Shown: piece by piece, positions 17,576 to 28,500 of the stretch
How the letters are laid out: every line of letters begins with the position of its first letter
Position numbering within the stretch: position 1 is the stretch's first letter
DNA from: Candidatus Sumerlaeia bacterium
GTDB taxonomy: Bacteria; Sumerlaeota; Sumerlaeia; SLMS01
Assembly (NCBI GenBank): GCA_038208905.1
Contig: JBBQYG010000026.1
Location: 1-33,603 of the forward strand
Direction of reading: 5' to 3'
DNA: 33,603 nt
Position numbers and translations under genes: made by a program
Notes under the pieces: model-generated
What the model saw: the letters and a program-made list of their open reading frames with translations, nothing else
The model's database searches: none
What the model was told of the DNA's origin: nothing

Positions 17576-20500
17576 GTGAGCAGCCAGCCAGCACCCCCGG
17601 CGAAGGATTTGTCGCCCGCGCCGCCCCGGTGGAGGAAACTCCGCCGGGCGGCGAAGTGGGTTGGTATCCTCGCCGCGGCGCTGGCACTCTTAGTCCTTCT
17701 CCTTCCAACGATCATCACGCTTCTCCCCACGGGCCGCATCGTGGGGCACTTCGCCGACCCCGCCGTTGGCGGCACCGTGGAAATCGAAGGCATCCGAACC
17801 GGCTGGCTCGGCCATGTGCGCGTTGGGAAGGTGGCTCTCTATCCCGACAAGAATCGCGGCACCGAGCCGTTCCTCCTGATCGAGGATGTAGACCTCGGCG
17901 CGGGGCTCTGGAACCTTGCAACCTCCCGCGACCGGCTTGCGAATGTTCGCATCAAGCTTCTGGCATTCGACGCGGTGCGCGACAAGCAGGGCGTCATCGC
18001 CGCCCTCGGCTTCCTTCCTCCCACCGATCCCAACGCGCCGCGGCCGCCCGCGCCCGAACCGATGACGCGCATCGATCTTGACGCAATGATCCCGCGCATC
18101 GCGCTCCCCTTCGACCGGCTGCGGTTGGAGATCGCGACCCTCCGCCTCAGATTCAGTGACCCCTCCGCCGCCACGCCATTGGAGGTGACGCTCGACCCCG
18201 CCAATGTGGTAGCAACCTGGAAGGGCGGCGCCACGCCGCTCGACGCGACGCTGACCGGCGACCTCAACGGGCTTGGCGGAAAACTCCCCGTGAAGGGAAC
18301 GCTCCGCATCGACCAGTGGACCGACGGCTCCCAGGTGTCGGCGCGCAACGCCGCAATCGCGGGCGAATTGATCCTCGATCCCGAGGCAGTCCTTCCGACG
18401 CAACTCGCCAAGCTCGCCGCAACGCTCGGCCCGGGGGATCCATCGGCGATCCTGGATCTCAACATCGCCGCGCTGGCGCGCGTTGCGGGAGTGGCAACGA
18501 CGCAGGTCGCCGCCATCGATCCCATCGGAACTGTTTCGCTGACATCGAGCATCGACCTCGCCGATCCGGCGGCGCCGGAACTGCTGGCGATCCTGCGCAC
18601 GTCGAACGTCTCCGTCGCGACACCCGAAGGCATGGGCGAATCCGGCACGCGCATTCCCGCGCCCGACACCACCACGGAACTGCGCGCGGCGTGGAATCTG
18701 GCCGAAAGCGACCGCCGCGATGTGTCGCTGTCTATCTTCGCCGATGCATTGTCGGTCATGTTGACGGAGAAACTTCGCCCGGACGGCCGGCGGGATGTCG
18801 ATGCGCGCATGGACCTTGAATTCGCCAAGCTGGTCAACGCCGCCAACCAGACGGGCCTTCTGCCGCGCCCCCTTCCCGGCGCGACGGGGTCGCTTGGCGC
18901 TCATGCCAGCGCAGTACACGACGATGCCTCGCTCCTTTCCGCGAAAGTGACGCTGCGACTCCAACCCGGCCGCGTTGGTGCCGGCATCGGCCAGTTCCTT
19001 CCCCCGGGTTACGCCCTGCGCGGCGACCACCTTGATCTCTCCATCTTACGAACGACTCTCACCGCCGAATTGGACGAGCCCGCCAACGAGCGTCGCGCCA
19101 TCCGTGTATCCGCCAACGGCGCCGACGCGCCGTTCTCCCTGCTGGCCAGCGGCGACATCGGCGATGATCCGATGCGCGATCCCGAGCTGACGATCAGCGG
19201 CTCCGCGGACGCCGCGCGTCTCTATGGCGCTCTAGCGAGCCAGATCGACGGCCTGCCGCTGGAGGACGTCGCGGGCGTGCTCTCGCTGGTTGCCGACGCG
19301 CGAATCGCCGACGGCGACCTGCTGACCTCCGCCACGATCGCGCTGGATGGCCTGCGTATAGACGCGCCGTTCCTCCCCGGCGGCAGCTATTCCGATGGCA
19401 TCGCCCTCGGCGCCGAAACACGCACGCGCATGGGCGATCCACTGATCAACACCGTGGCCGCCTCTCTCACGAACGATTTCTCCAGTATCCGCGCCAACGC
19501 CGAGACTCGATCCGCGACGGATTTTACGTCGAGCCTTCGCCTTTCCGCCGATCTCGGGGAAATCGTCGCGCGATTCGTCTCGCCGACGCAGCCCGATCTT
19601 CCCGCGGAGGTTTCGGGGAATCTCTACGTTGCCCTCAATGCCGCAACCACCGACGGGCGACAGTTCCAACTCGGCCTCGCCGCCGCGCCCGGCCCGGGAT
19701 TTGGCATCAGCGCCGCGGCGATGCCGCTCGAAATCACGAGCTTCGACCTGGCCACATCGCTCTCGCTTCTGCTGACCGACAACGGCATGGCGCTGGAATT
19801 GGCAGGCGGGCGATTTGCCCTGCAGGATTTCCTGGCCATCGACGTGGCGGCCAGTGCCACGCTGGCGGGCGGGCGCGCCGATATCGACCTGACGACGGTG
19901 ACAGAATTCCTCGCGCCGGAAGCGGTGGAGTTCCTCCGCCCGCTCCTCGCCGAAATGCAACGCGACCAGATCGAGCTGCTCGGCGGCGCACGCATGGAAA
20001 CGCATCTGGCAGCGGCGGTCTTGCTCGGCGATCCGATGACTTTTCCGCGCCCCTTGCTCGTGCAAAACCACCTCGTCACCGAGCTTCCCGCACTGAATTA
20101 CACCGACACCTTCGGCACCGTCGCGCTGGAGGAACTCCGCGACGAGCGCACGATGCGCGTGGAGCTTCCCTCGCCCGATCCCGCCGGCCTGGTCATCCTG
20201 GAGAACGCAACCACGAGCCTCGCTTTCGCCGAACTGCAAGGCACGGCGAGCATCGAGGGCGCCAATATCGAGACCAGCGCGACGATCACGATGGCGCGGG
20301 GCCTTTCGCTCGACATCGTGACCGCCGGCTGGGACCGCGTCGTGGCCAAGGGTGGTCCGGCGACAATCAGGTTTCCCGCCGCGATCGTCACAACGAGCCT
20401 CATCGCCGATTTCGCGCGCGGACGATACGACCTCCGCGCGCTTGATTTCGACTCGCCGGGATTTCTGTCTATACAGGTGTCGACGCGGGTGGACCAAGCC

Positions 20501-22027
20501 GATGAATCCGCCGAAATCCGCGGCGCGGCGCGAATGACGGGCCTGCCGGAAATCTCCATCACCGCCGCCGATGGAAGCGAGTCCCCCCTTGGCGTGATCG
20601 GCGAGATCGACGCCGCCACGAGCGGCACGATATCGGTCGCATGGACATCCGGCGATCAACCCGCGCTCCGCGAACTCTCCGGCCGCATCGAGGCCGCCAT
20701 GCCGCGCCTGGTGGTTGGCGACGCGGCGGGAAGCGCGACGCTGGACCTGACCGCCTCCGTGGAGGGCGATCTCTCCCAGCGCGCCGCGCGGTTTCAACTT
20801 TCCAGCGGAATGACCAACGGGTCCTTTGCCGCCATGCCCGGTGTCGAACGCATGGACCTCCGCGTGGAGACGGATCTCTCCATCGAGCGCGGCACCGATC
20901 TGGTGCTCTCCGCCTTCGAGATCACGTCGCGCCGATTGGGCACATCGGTCCTCGTGCAGGGCCGCATCAACGGCCTGCCCCAGGACATGGAGACCTACGC
21001 CGCCGCCACGTCGCCCGCGCCCCTCGCCACGCTGCTCACGTCCCTCTTCTTCAACCTCAACATCATCGCCGAGCAGGACTTCTCGCGGCTCGCGCGGCTG
21101 CTGCCGGGCATTCAGGTTTCCGGCGACTTCCTCCAGGCGATCCGGCTCTCCAATCGCCCCGGCGATGTGCTCGCCTTCGTATCAACCCAACGCGCCGTTG
21201 GTGTGCGCGCTGGGATTCCGGGTCTTTTCGCGCTTGACGAGACGAGTGGCGAGGTCCCCTTCGCCAAGTACTGGCGGCTGACCGACCAAGTCCGCCAGCC
21301 GCCCGCGCGGCTCGATGGAAACTACTACACCAGCGGCATCGAGTTCCTTCATCCGATGCTGATGGCGGAACTCTCGCGCATTCAGCTCCGCGTCGCCGAC
21401 ACCCGCACTGGCTACGAGGTCTCCACCGTTGCGGAGAACTTCTTTGGCGGACCCGGCTTCGCCACGATACGCGTGGAGGATCGCCTTGGGAATCCGACGC
21501 TCTATGGCGAGTTCTCGCTGACGGGCGTGGATGCGGCCAACTTCCTGCCGTCGCTCTCCCGCCGGCGGTTGCCTTCGCGCTCCTTCAATGCGTTCGGCGT
21601 TTTTTCCCTGGAGCTGGATGACAAGATTTCCACCGGGCAGTTGCTGGAGAAGATGAGCCTCCGCATCGAGTTTGCGGACGTTGGGGCGGAGATCCTTCGC
21701 GAGTCGCTGCGCCTGATGGATCGCACGGGATCGAACCCGGGAATCCAGGCCACGCTGGCGTCGCTCCGATTCGGCACGCCGCGCAGCGCGCTCCTCGATC
21801 TGCGCAATGGCCTCATGAATTTCACTGTCACCATGACGAATCCCGCGGGCGTTGTCTATACGCTCCCGGTGTTCGAGAAGGTCGGTGTCCAGGGCCTCCT
21901 TGGGGCGTATCCCGTGGGCGGCCTGGACGCCAACCTTCGCCTGACGCGCGATGCACTCGCGCTTTTCCTCGCCGACGACTTCAACGAAATCGTCCGCGCC
22001 ATCGCCACGGAGGCACCCACGCCATGA
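17576..22027 (+). CDS. Large AsmA/YdbH-like inner-membrane-anchored beta-rich protein
   Basis: 1483 aa, basic N-terminus plus one TM helix, long beta-strand-rich body, directly followed by a DUF1318-like gene as ydbH is by ynbE/ydbL. Confidence 0.6.
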   Translation: MSSQPAPPAKDLSPAPPRWRKLRRAAKWVGILAAALALLVLLLPTIITLLPTGRIVGHFADPAVGGTVEIEGIRTGWLGHVRVGKVALYPDKNRGTEPFLLIEDVDLGAGLWNLATSRDRLANVRIKLLAFDAVRDKQGVIAALGFLPPTDPNAPRPPAPEPMTRIDLDAMIPRIALPFDRLRLEIATLRLRFSDPSAATPLEVTLDPANVVATWKGGATPLDATLTGDLNGLGGKLPVKGTLRIDQWTDGSQVSARNAAIAGELILDPEAVLPTQLAKLAATLGPGDPSAILDLNIAALARVAGVATTQVAAIDPIGTVSLTSSIDLADPAAPELLAILRTSNVSVATPEGMGESGTRIPAPDTTTELRAAWNLAESDRRDVSLSIFADALSVMLTEKLRPDGRRDVDARMDLEFAKLVNAANQTGLLPRPLPGATGSLGAHASAVHDDASLLSAKVTLRLQPGRVGAGIGQFLPPGYALRGDHLDLSILRTTLTAELDEPANERRAIRVSANGADAPFSLLASGDIGDDPMRDPELTISGSADAARLYGALASQIDGLPLEDVAGVLSLVADARIADGDLLTSATIALDGLRIDAPFLPGGSYSDGIALGAETRTRMGDPLINTVAASLTNDFSSIRANAETRSATDFTSSLRLSADLGEIVARFVSPTQPDLPAEVSGNLYVALNAATTDGRQFQLGLAAAPGPGFGISAAAMPLEITSFDLATSLSLLLTDNGMALELAGGRFALQDFLAIDVAASATLAGGRADIDLTTVTEFLAPEAVEFLRPLLAEMQRDQIELLGGARMETHLAAAVLLGDPMTFPRPLLVQNHLVTELPALNYTDTFGTVALEELRDERTMRVELPSPDPAGLVILENATTSLAFAELQGTASIEGANIETSATITMARGLSLDIVTAGWDRVVAKGGPATIRFPAAIVTTSLIADFARGRYDLRALDFDSPGFLSIQVSTRVDQADESAEIRGAARMTGLPEISITAADGSESPLGVIGEIDAATSGTISVAWTSGDQPALRELSGRIEAAMPRLVVGDAAGSATLDLTASVEGDLSQRAARFQLSSGMTNGSFAAMPGVERMDLRVETDLSIERGTDLVLSAFEITSRRLGTSVLVQGRINGLPQDMETYAAATSPAPLATLLTSLFFNLNIIAEQDFSRLARLLPGIQVSGDFLQAIRLSNRPGDVLAFVSTQRAVGVRAGIPGLFALDETSGEVPFAKYWRLTDQVRQPPARLDGNYYTSGIEFLHPMLMAELSRIQLRVADTRTGYEVSTVAENFFGGPGFATIRVEDRLGNPTLYGEFSLTGVDAANFLPSLSRRRLPSRSFNAFGVFSLELDDKISTGQLLEKMSLRIEFADVGAEILRESLRLMDRTGSNPGIQATLASLRFGTPRSALLDLRNGLMNFTVTMTNPAGVVYTLPVFEKVGVQGLLGAYPVGGLDANLRLTRDALALFLADDFNEIVRAIATEAPTP

Positions 22028-22590
22028 TTGCTCGCCTGACTATCGCACTGTTCCTGATCCTGGGCACCGGCTGCGGCGGATCGCTGCTCGGAATCAACGT
22101 CTTCGTCGTGGATCAGAAGACCGCGCTGGAGCGCCAGGTCCTCGGCTCCTACGAGGCCATCGGCGCAGACCTCGCTTCGTTTGCCTCCGTACGCGGCGTG
22201 AATCCCGACGGCACGATGAAACCAGAACGCGAGATGACCGACAACCAGCGCGCCGTGCTGATGGCGATGAACAATCGGCGCTACAACCGCGACGATCTGG
22301 ACGCGCTCCTTGCGGCGGGCGTGGTGGGCGAGACCCGCAATGGCCTCCTTGAACGCCGCAACGCCGAGACTCCCGTTCCGCCCAACGTGGATCCCCGCGT
22401 CGCCGACGCCGTGATCGCGGAGGAGAACGCCGACCGCCGCATCATCGTGGATCGCCTGGTGGAAACGACCCCCGGCGTGAAGCCCGGCCAGCGCGGCGAG
22501 GTTGAGTTCATTTTTGCCCGGCTCAACCAGGACCTGGCCCCCGTGGGCTCGCCGATTCAGGACGCCAGCGGCGCCTGGAGCCGGAAATGA
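22024..22590 (+). CDS. DUF1318/YdbL-like lipoprotein
   Basis: Lipobox GTGC, DQKTALERQVLG, GVVGETRNGLL, ENADRRII and IQDASGAWSRK motifs. ATGA overlaps on both sides. Confidence 0.75.
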   Translation: MIARLTIALFLILGTGCGGSLLGINVFVVDQKTALERQVLGSYEAIGADLASFASVRGVNPDGTMKPEREMTDNQRAVLMAMNNRRYNRDDLDALLAAGVVGETRNGLLERRNAETPVPPNVDPRVADAVIAEENADRRIIVDRLVETTPGVKPGQRGEVEFIFARLNQDLAPVGSPIQDASGAWSRK

Positions 22591-25500
22591 TCCGTCGCCA
22601 CGCACTCGCAACCGGTCTGCTGGCGATGGCCTCCGCTGCCACGGCCGCTGAATATCGCCTCGTCACCACGCACCCCGCCGAGGACTCCGCGCCCACGGTC
22701 TCTCCCGATGGGCGATGGCTTGTCTATACATCCACGCGCGATGGCGCATCGGCGCTGTACCTGCGCGACCTGGCCGCGAAGCGTCCCACTCCCGACGTGG
22801 CGTTTTTCCCGCATCCCGCGCGGACGGAATCCCCCGTCTTTTCCCCCGGTGGCCGCCATCTCGCCTTCGTTTCCAATCGCGAAGACGCCCTGGGCGATGT
22901 GTTCCTCTCCACGTTCCCCGGCAAGTCGCTTCGCCGCATCTCCAACACGGGCACGATCGACGGCGCGCCGTGGTTTTCGCCCGATGGAGAGACGGTTTCC
23001 TATCAATCGAATCGCGTGGGCGAGGCGCCGCACACCGCCGTTTGGTCAATCCGCAAGCGCGCGCCGCTGCTCGGCACGCCGATTCAAAAGGTCGCCTATC
23101 CCAACCCCCCATATCCCGAACTTGCGCGGGATCCCCTCCACGGCGTGGCGCTGCTGCTGGCCGACGACACGAATCGCGATGGCGTGCTGGGCGACGGAGA
23201 CATGGCGTCGGCGTGGGAGGTCATCGATTCCAAGTGGCGGGCGGCGTCGTTTCCGCTCATCGGGGCTCAGTCGATTTCGCTCAATCGCCGGACGCGCGAG
23301 CTCCTGATCGCGGCCAACTGGGTCGGCAATCTGGACATCGCAGCCATCGGCGCGTATCCACTCCGCGATGCGAAGACATACGAAGAGTTCGCCGCCATCG
23401 CCCGCGAAGAGGCCGCCACCCAGAAACCCGACGCCAACCGCGTGGCCGCCGCATGGCGAGCCGCGTGGATGACCGCCGCAAGTCCGGCCGATCGTGGCGC
23501 GGCACTTCGCGCCTATCTTGGCGCGCTGAATCGCGACCGCCGCCACTGGCAGGCCAAGACCGACGCCCAGCGCGCGGTGGAGGGCGGCCTCTCCCCCACC
23601 GACCTCCTACTGGTTGAGGCCGAGTCCCTCATCGCCGACCTCGCCATCGCGCGCGACGCTGGCCGCTTTTCCGGCGGCGCGGGCTCCGCGGCCAAGTCTG
23701 CATCGGATCGCCTTCGCGCCATCGAGCCTCGCATTCGCGAAGGCGGCGGCGTGGAGGAGGCATCGGAGATCCTGCTCGCTCTCGCGGAGGACCTGGCCGC
23801 ACAGGGGCTCCATGCCGACGCCATCGCCGATACAGATCGAATCATGGCCGACCGCGAGCGGCTGTCTCGCGATCTGCAGTGCCGCACCGTGCTGGTGCGC
23901 GCCCGTGTCTATACGGCAATAGGCCTCGGGCCCGAGACGGAGGCCTCCCTCTTGGAAGTCTTCGCCATCGCCCCGAACAACATCGCCACGCTGGACGAGG
24001 CCGCCGCCGGATTGATCGCGATCGCCCGCGGGCGCGCCACCTCGCCGGATGGAGTGATCCTGGAGCTGCGCAATCTCGCCGCCAACTCTGCCGCGCACCC
24101 CTATCTCTTCGCCTCGATTCGCCTGGAGGAGGGTCGTTCCCTTGTGGGCATGGAGGAATTCGTCCGCGCGGAGACCGCGTTCCGCGAGGCCACGCCTCTC
24201 GTCAAGGAAGCGCCCGGCCCCGCCATAGCTTCCTCGGTCGAGCTTGCCCGTCTCCTCACGCGGCGCGGGTCCCACGACGAGGCCATCGCGCTCTTTCAGG
24301 AGATCGAGGGCACCCTGCGCAACGAGCAGCTTCCCGAATCGCGCCAGGCATACGACACCGCACGCCGCGAACTCGTCCGCGCGTATCTTGATCGCGCGCG
24401 CCGCGAGTTGCGACTCGGCGATGCGCCGCTGGCGGCGGCGACCTATGGCAAACTGCTTGAGTTCGACGACACGCTTCCAGAGGCATGGCGCGGGTATCTG
24501 GCTGCGCTCTCCACACGGCCCGAGGCAATGACCGCGCAGGAGAAGTCCTTCCGCGCGGAGACGAGCGCCCAGCCGCGCGTCGCGCTCGGGTGGTACAAAC
24601 TCGGCCTTGCGATCAGCTACCGCGAGCCGTCCTCGCGGGAGGCACTCCGCGCCATCGAGACCGCCATCGCCATCGATAGCTCGGTGCCCTACTTTCAGCT
24701 CACTCGCGGCTATATTCTGGAGCAGCGATATCGCCGCGCGGAGCAGCGCGGGCGCTCCGACGTGGCCTTGCTGGAGGAGGCATCTCTCGCCATCGAGCAG
24801 GCGCTCTTCCTCGCCAATCGCGCCGCCGATCCACAGCTCTTCTCCGACGCGCTTCTCAATGCGGCCAACGTCTCGCTGGCGCTGAAGCAATACTTCAAGG
24901 CCTATGACTTCTATCGCCGCCGCGACGTTGACGGCGTGCAGTCGGGAAGCCCCGTCACCGAGTTCCTGTTCCGCTGGAACCACGGCCTCGCCGCGTTCCG
25001 CGCGTCGTTCCCCAGCCTTGCCGCGGAACAGTTCGATGCGGCGATCACCGTCCTCGACGAAATGGGCGACCGCCCGGAGATCACCAAGGCACAGGCCGCG
25101 GCTTTCCGCCTGGAACTGATGGATCGCCGCGCCCTGGCGCTGATGGAGGCTAGCCGCATTCCCGAGGCGCGCGCCGCATTCGCCGATGTGTATCGCAGGG
25201 CGCCCGAGGGCACGCTGGGCCGCGTGCGGTCGCTGCGGAATCAGGTGCTGCTCCTCGCGCGAGAAGCCGCGGCGGCATCGGGAGTCGAGCGTGTCCTGCT
25301 TGTCAGGGAGGGGCGCGCCCTCGTCGCCGAGGCGCAGGCCGAACTTGCGCGGCCCGACTTGAAGGGCGACCGCCCGCTCGATGGCGGCGGCGGACTCTTC
25401 AACATCAACCTCGCGTTTGCCGCGGACGCGACCGAGGGCGCCAGCCAGCTCGGCTTCGACAAGGGCGACGAGAATCGCATCCTGCGCGCGGCGCTCGGCC

Positions 25501-28500
25501 ACTTCGCCGATCTTGAGGGCGACAACGCCGCTGCCGCCGCGCGGCTTCAGGAACTGATCGCCCTCGCCCCGCGCATCACCGAGGCAAATCGCGCCTACCA
25601 ATATGCGGCGCAGACGGTTACATATCAACGCCTCGGCGCGAAGCAACTCCGCCTCGAACGCGCCGACGACGCGACAAAGGCGCTTGTAGAGGGACTGCGT
25701 CGCGCCCGCTTCGAGGTCGCAACCGTCCCCATCACCAACGTCAACGCCGCGTCGATGATGCTGGCCTCGCTGGCCGAGGCGCTCAGGCAGTCGCCAGCGC
25801 CAACTCTCTCCCCCGATCCCGAAGTTTTCTGGATGCTCGCCCCCGCCGACCTCGCGACGCCCTCTCCGTGGGCGTTGCTGGAACTCGCCGCCACGCGCAT
25901 GTTGGAGCTGCCCGACCCCGTCGCGGGGGATCCCGCGTTGCTCCTCGTCAGCGAACCCGCCCAGATCGCGCGCCTTGTCTATACGCAGGCCCTCGCGGCG
26001 GAGGCGGCCCATACGGATGCCGTTGCGACGCTGGCGGGCCTCGACGGTTTGCCGCTGATCGAGGCATCCGCGAAAGTGGCCTCCATGGCCCGGCGCGTGC
26101 AGTCATTCGTGGGCCGATTCGGCGCGCTGGAACTCGATCCGTTCGAGCGCGAGGAGTTCCTGCGGCTCCGCGTGCTGCTCTCGGCTCTGCCAATCCGAAT
26201 CGCCGCGCGCAGCGGCGATTCGGAGCAGGCGGATCGCCTTCTCGCGGATGCAGTGAACTCGGCGGAGCAATCAGGCTTCGGCTCCCTCTCCTGGTGGCTG
26301 GCCGCCCAGGCGGCGATGGCCTCGCCCGCGCCTGAAACGCGCCAGGCCCTTGCGGCGCTTGCGCTGGAGCGGTACCTCGCGCTGCCGCATCCCTCGCTCG
26401 ACGACTTCATTGGCAACCCGTGGAGCACCATGGACCAGTTGGAGGCGATCCAGCTTTCGGGCGCGGTGGCGAGCAACAACCCGGAGGCCGCGTGGGACAT
26501 CGCCGACGCGTGGCGCGTGGCACGGCTCCGGTGGCTGGCGCTCTCCGCCGATCCAACGCCCGCGGGTGACGAAGACGCCACTTGGGTCACCACATGGCGC
26601 GAGCGGCGCGACGACCTTCTGCTGAAGGAGGCACAGTTGCGGGGGCTTGCATCCGCGGCTCCGCCCCAGCTTGCCGCCGCCGTGGAACGCTCGCTCGCCG
26701 CATCGGAGGCTCTGTCGCTTCACATCGCCGCCGGACGCGATCGCGCACTGCCCAGCGCGATGCAGTTGCACCCACAGGATGGTGGCTTCGATCTCGTCAG
26801 CGTCCTTCTACAGCCGCCGTTCCTCGTGCCGCGCCGCCCGGTGCTGGTGCTGAATCGCGAGTTGCCCGGTCTCGCCGTGCGCGCTGTCTATACGCCCGAG
26901 GCCAGCGCCTTCGTTCCGCCGGACCAACCGCTCCCCGACGACGCGGAGTTGTTCCTGCTTGGCGATGCGCCGAGCGAAGTTTCATCGGACGTCGTGCAGG
27001 TACTGAGCGGCGAAAGCCTGCTCGCGAAGTTCTCCAAGTTGTCGCTGCGCGGGGATACGCCGGTGGTGGAAGTTTCTGCGGCGCCAGCGGTGTCGGGTGA
27101 CGCGCTTGCCTTCGCCTACGAGGCGAGCGTGACAGACCCGGTTCGCCGCGCGGGGCCGTTTCCACAGCGCTGGCTGTTGTCGGAATCCGGCGAGCCGCTC
27201 CGCGATGTGATCGTGCGTGCGCGCAATCTGGAACGCATCCGCCTGTCGCTGTCTCCCGATGGGGCACCGCTCGCCGCGCAACGCCGCGCGGAGCTGGGGC
27301 TGGCGGCGTGGATGGACCAGCGCGGCCTGGTGGAGGCGGTGATCGATGGCGCCGCGTGGCTCGGCATGCCGATGGACCCCGCGCGCGTCCCCGATCTTGC
27401 CCAGGCGGAACTGGCGATGGCACAGGGTACCCTGGAGCGCGCGCTGGCGACAAACGCGGCCAGCGAATCGGTCTCGGCGCTGGAACGCATCGTCGCGCTG
27501 ATGGAGGCGCTGGGCGAGCGGACGGAATTGCAGCTCTACTACGGCAAGCTGGCGGAGGATCGCGGGCGGCTCGACCGGTGGGCCGATGCCAGCCGCGCGG
27601 CGGAGCGCCGCGTTGCGTTGCTGGAGGAGGCAGGCGCCGCCCCGGTCGATCTTGCGGGGGCCGTCCGCCTGCTGGGTGGATTCGCCGCCAACGCGCGGGA
27701 GTGGGACGCCGCCGAGGCGGCGTATCTGCGCGCCAGTGCGTTCTATCGCGATCTGGACGACATTGATCGCGAACGCGCCACGCTCCGCGATTCCGCCATC
27801 GCGCTGGAGAATGCGGGCCGCTACCATCAGGCCCTCGCGCGTGGCGCGGATGCACGCGCCCTCGGCGCCGATCCGCGCTACATGGTGGAGCAGGACATCC
27901 GGTCCGCGCGAATCCTGCGCATCTACCTGAGCCGATTCGACGAGGCCATCGACCTCCTGACATCGGCGGAGGAGTTTGCCCGGGAGAACGGCCTCGCCGA
28001 TCTCGCGGTGGAATGCCGCGTCAACATCGCGCGGGCGCTCTATGCAACCTCGCGCTTCGAAGAAGCGATGGCCGCCATCGACGCGGTCGAGAAGGAAGCC
28101 GCGGCGCTTGACCTCATCCAGTACGAGTCCCAAGTCCCACTGGAGCGGGCCAACGTCCACTGGCTCCGGTCTGAGTACTTCGAGGCCTTCCGCGAACAGG
28201 CCACCGCGATGAACCTCGCGCGGCGCGACGAGAATGTGGCCGTGGAGATCGCCGCGCGCAATGTCTCCGGCCTCACGTCGTGGTCGGTCAACGATCTCAA
28301 GCGCGCCTACTCCGAACTGGATCAGGCGATGGAACTCGCCACCGCGGCGCGTATAGACAGCGAAGTGGCCAGCACCGCCAACAATATCGGCGTGGTATTG
28401 AGGAGCGAGGAACGCCTGGACGAGGCCATCGAATCCTTCCGCGAGGCACTCGCCATCGACCAGCGCGAGGAAAACCGCTGGGGAGAGGCCCACGCCCAGC

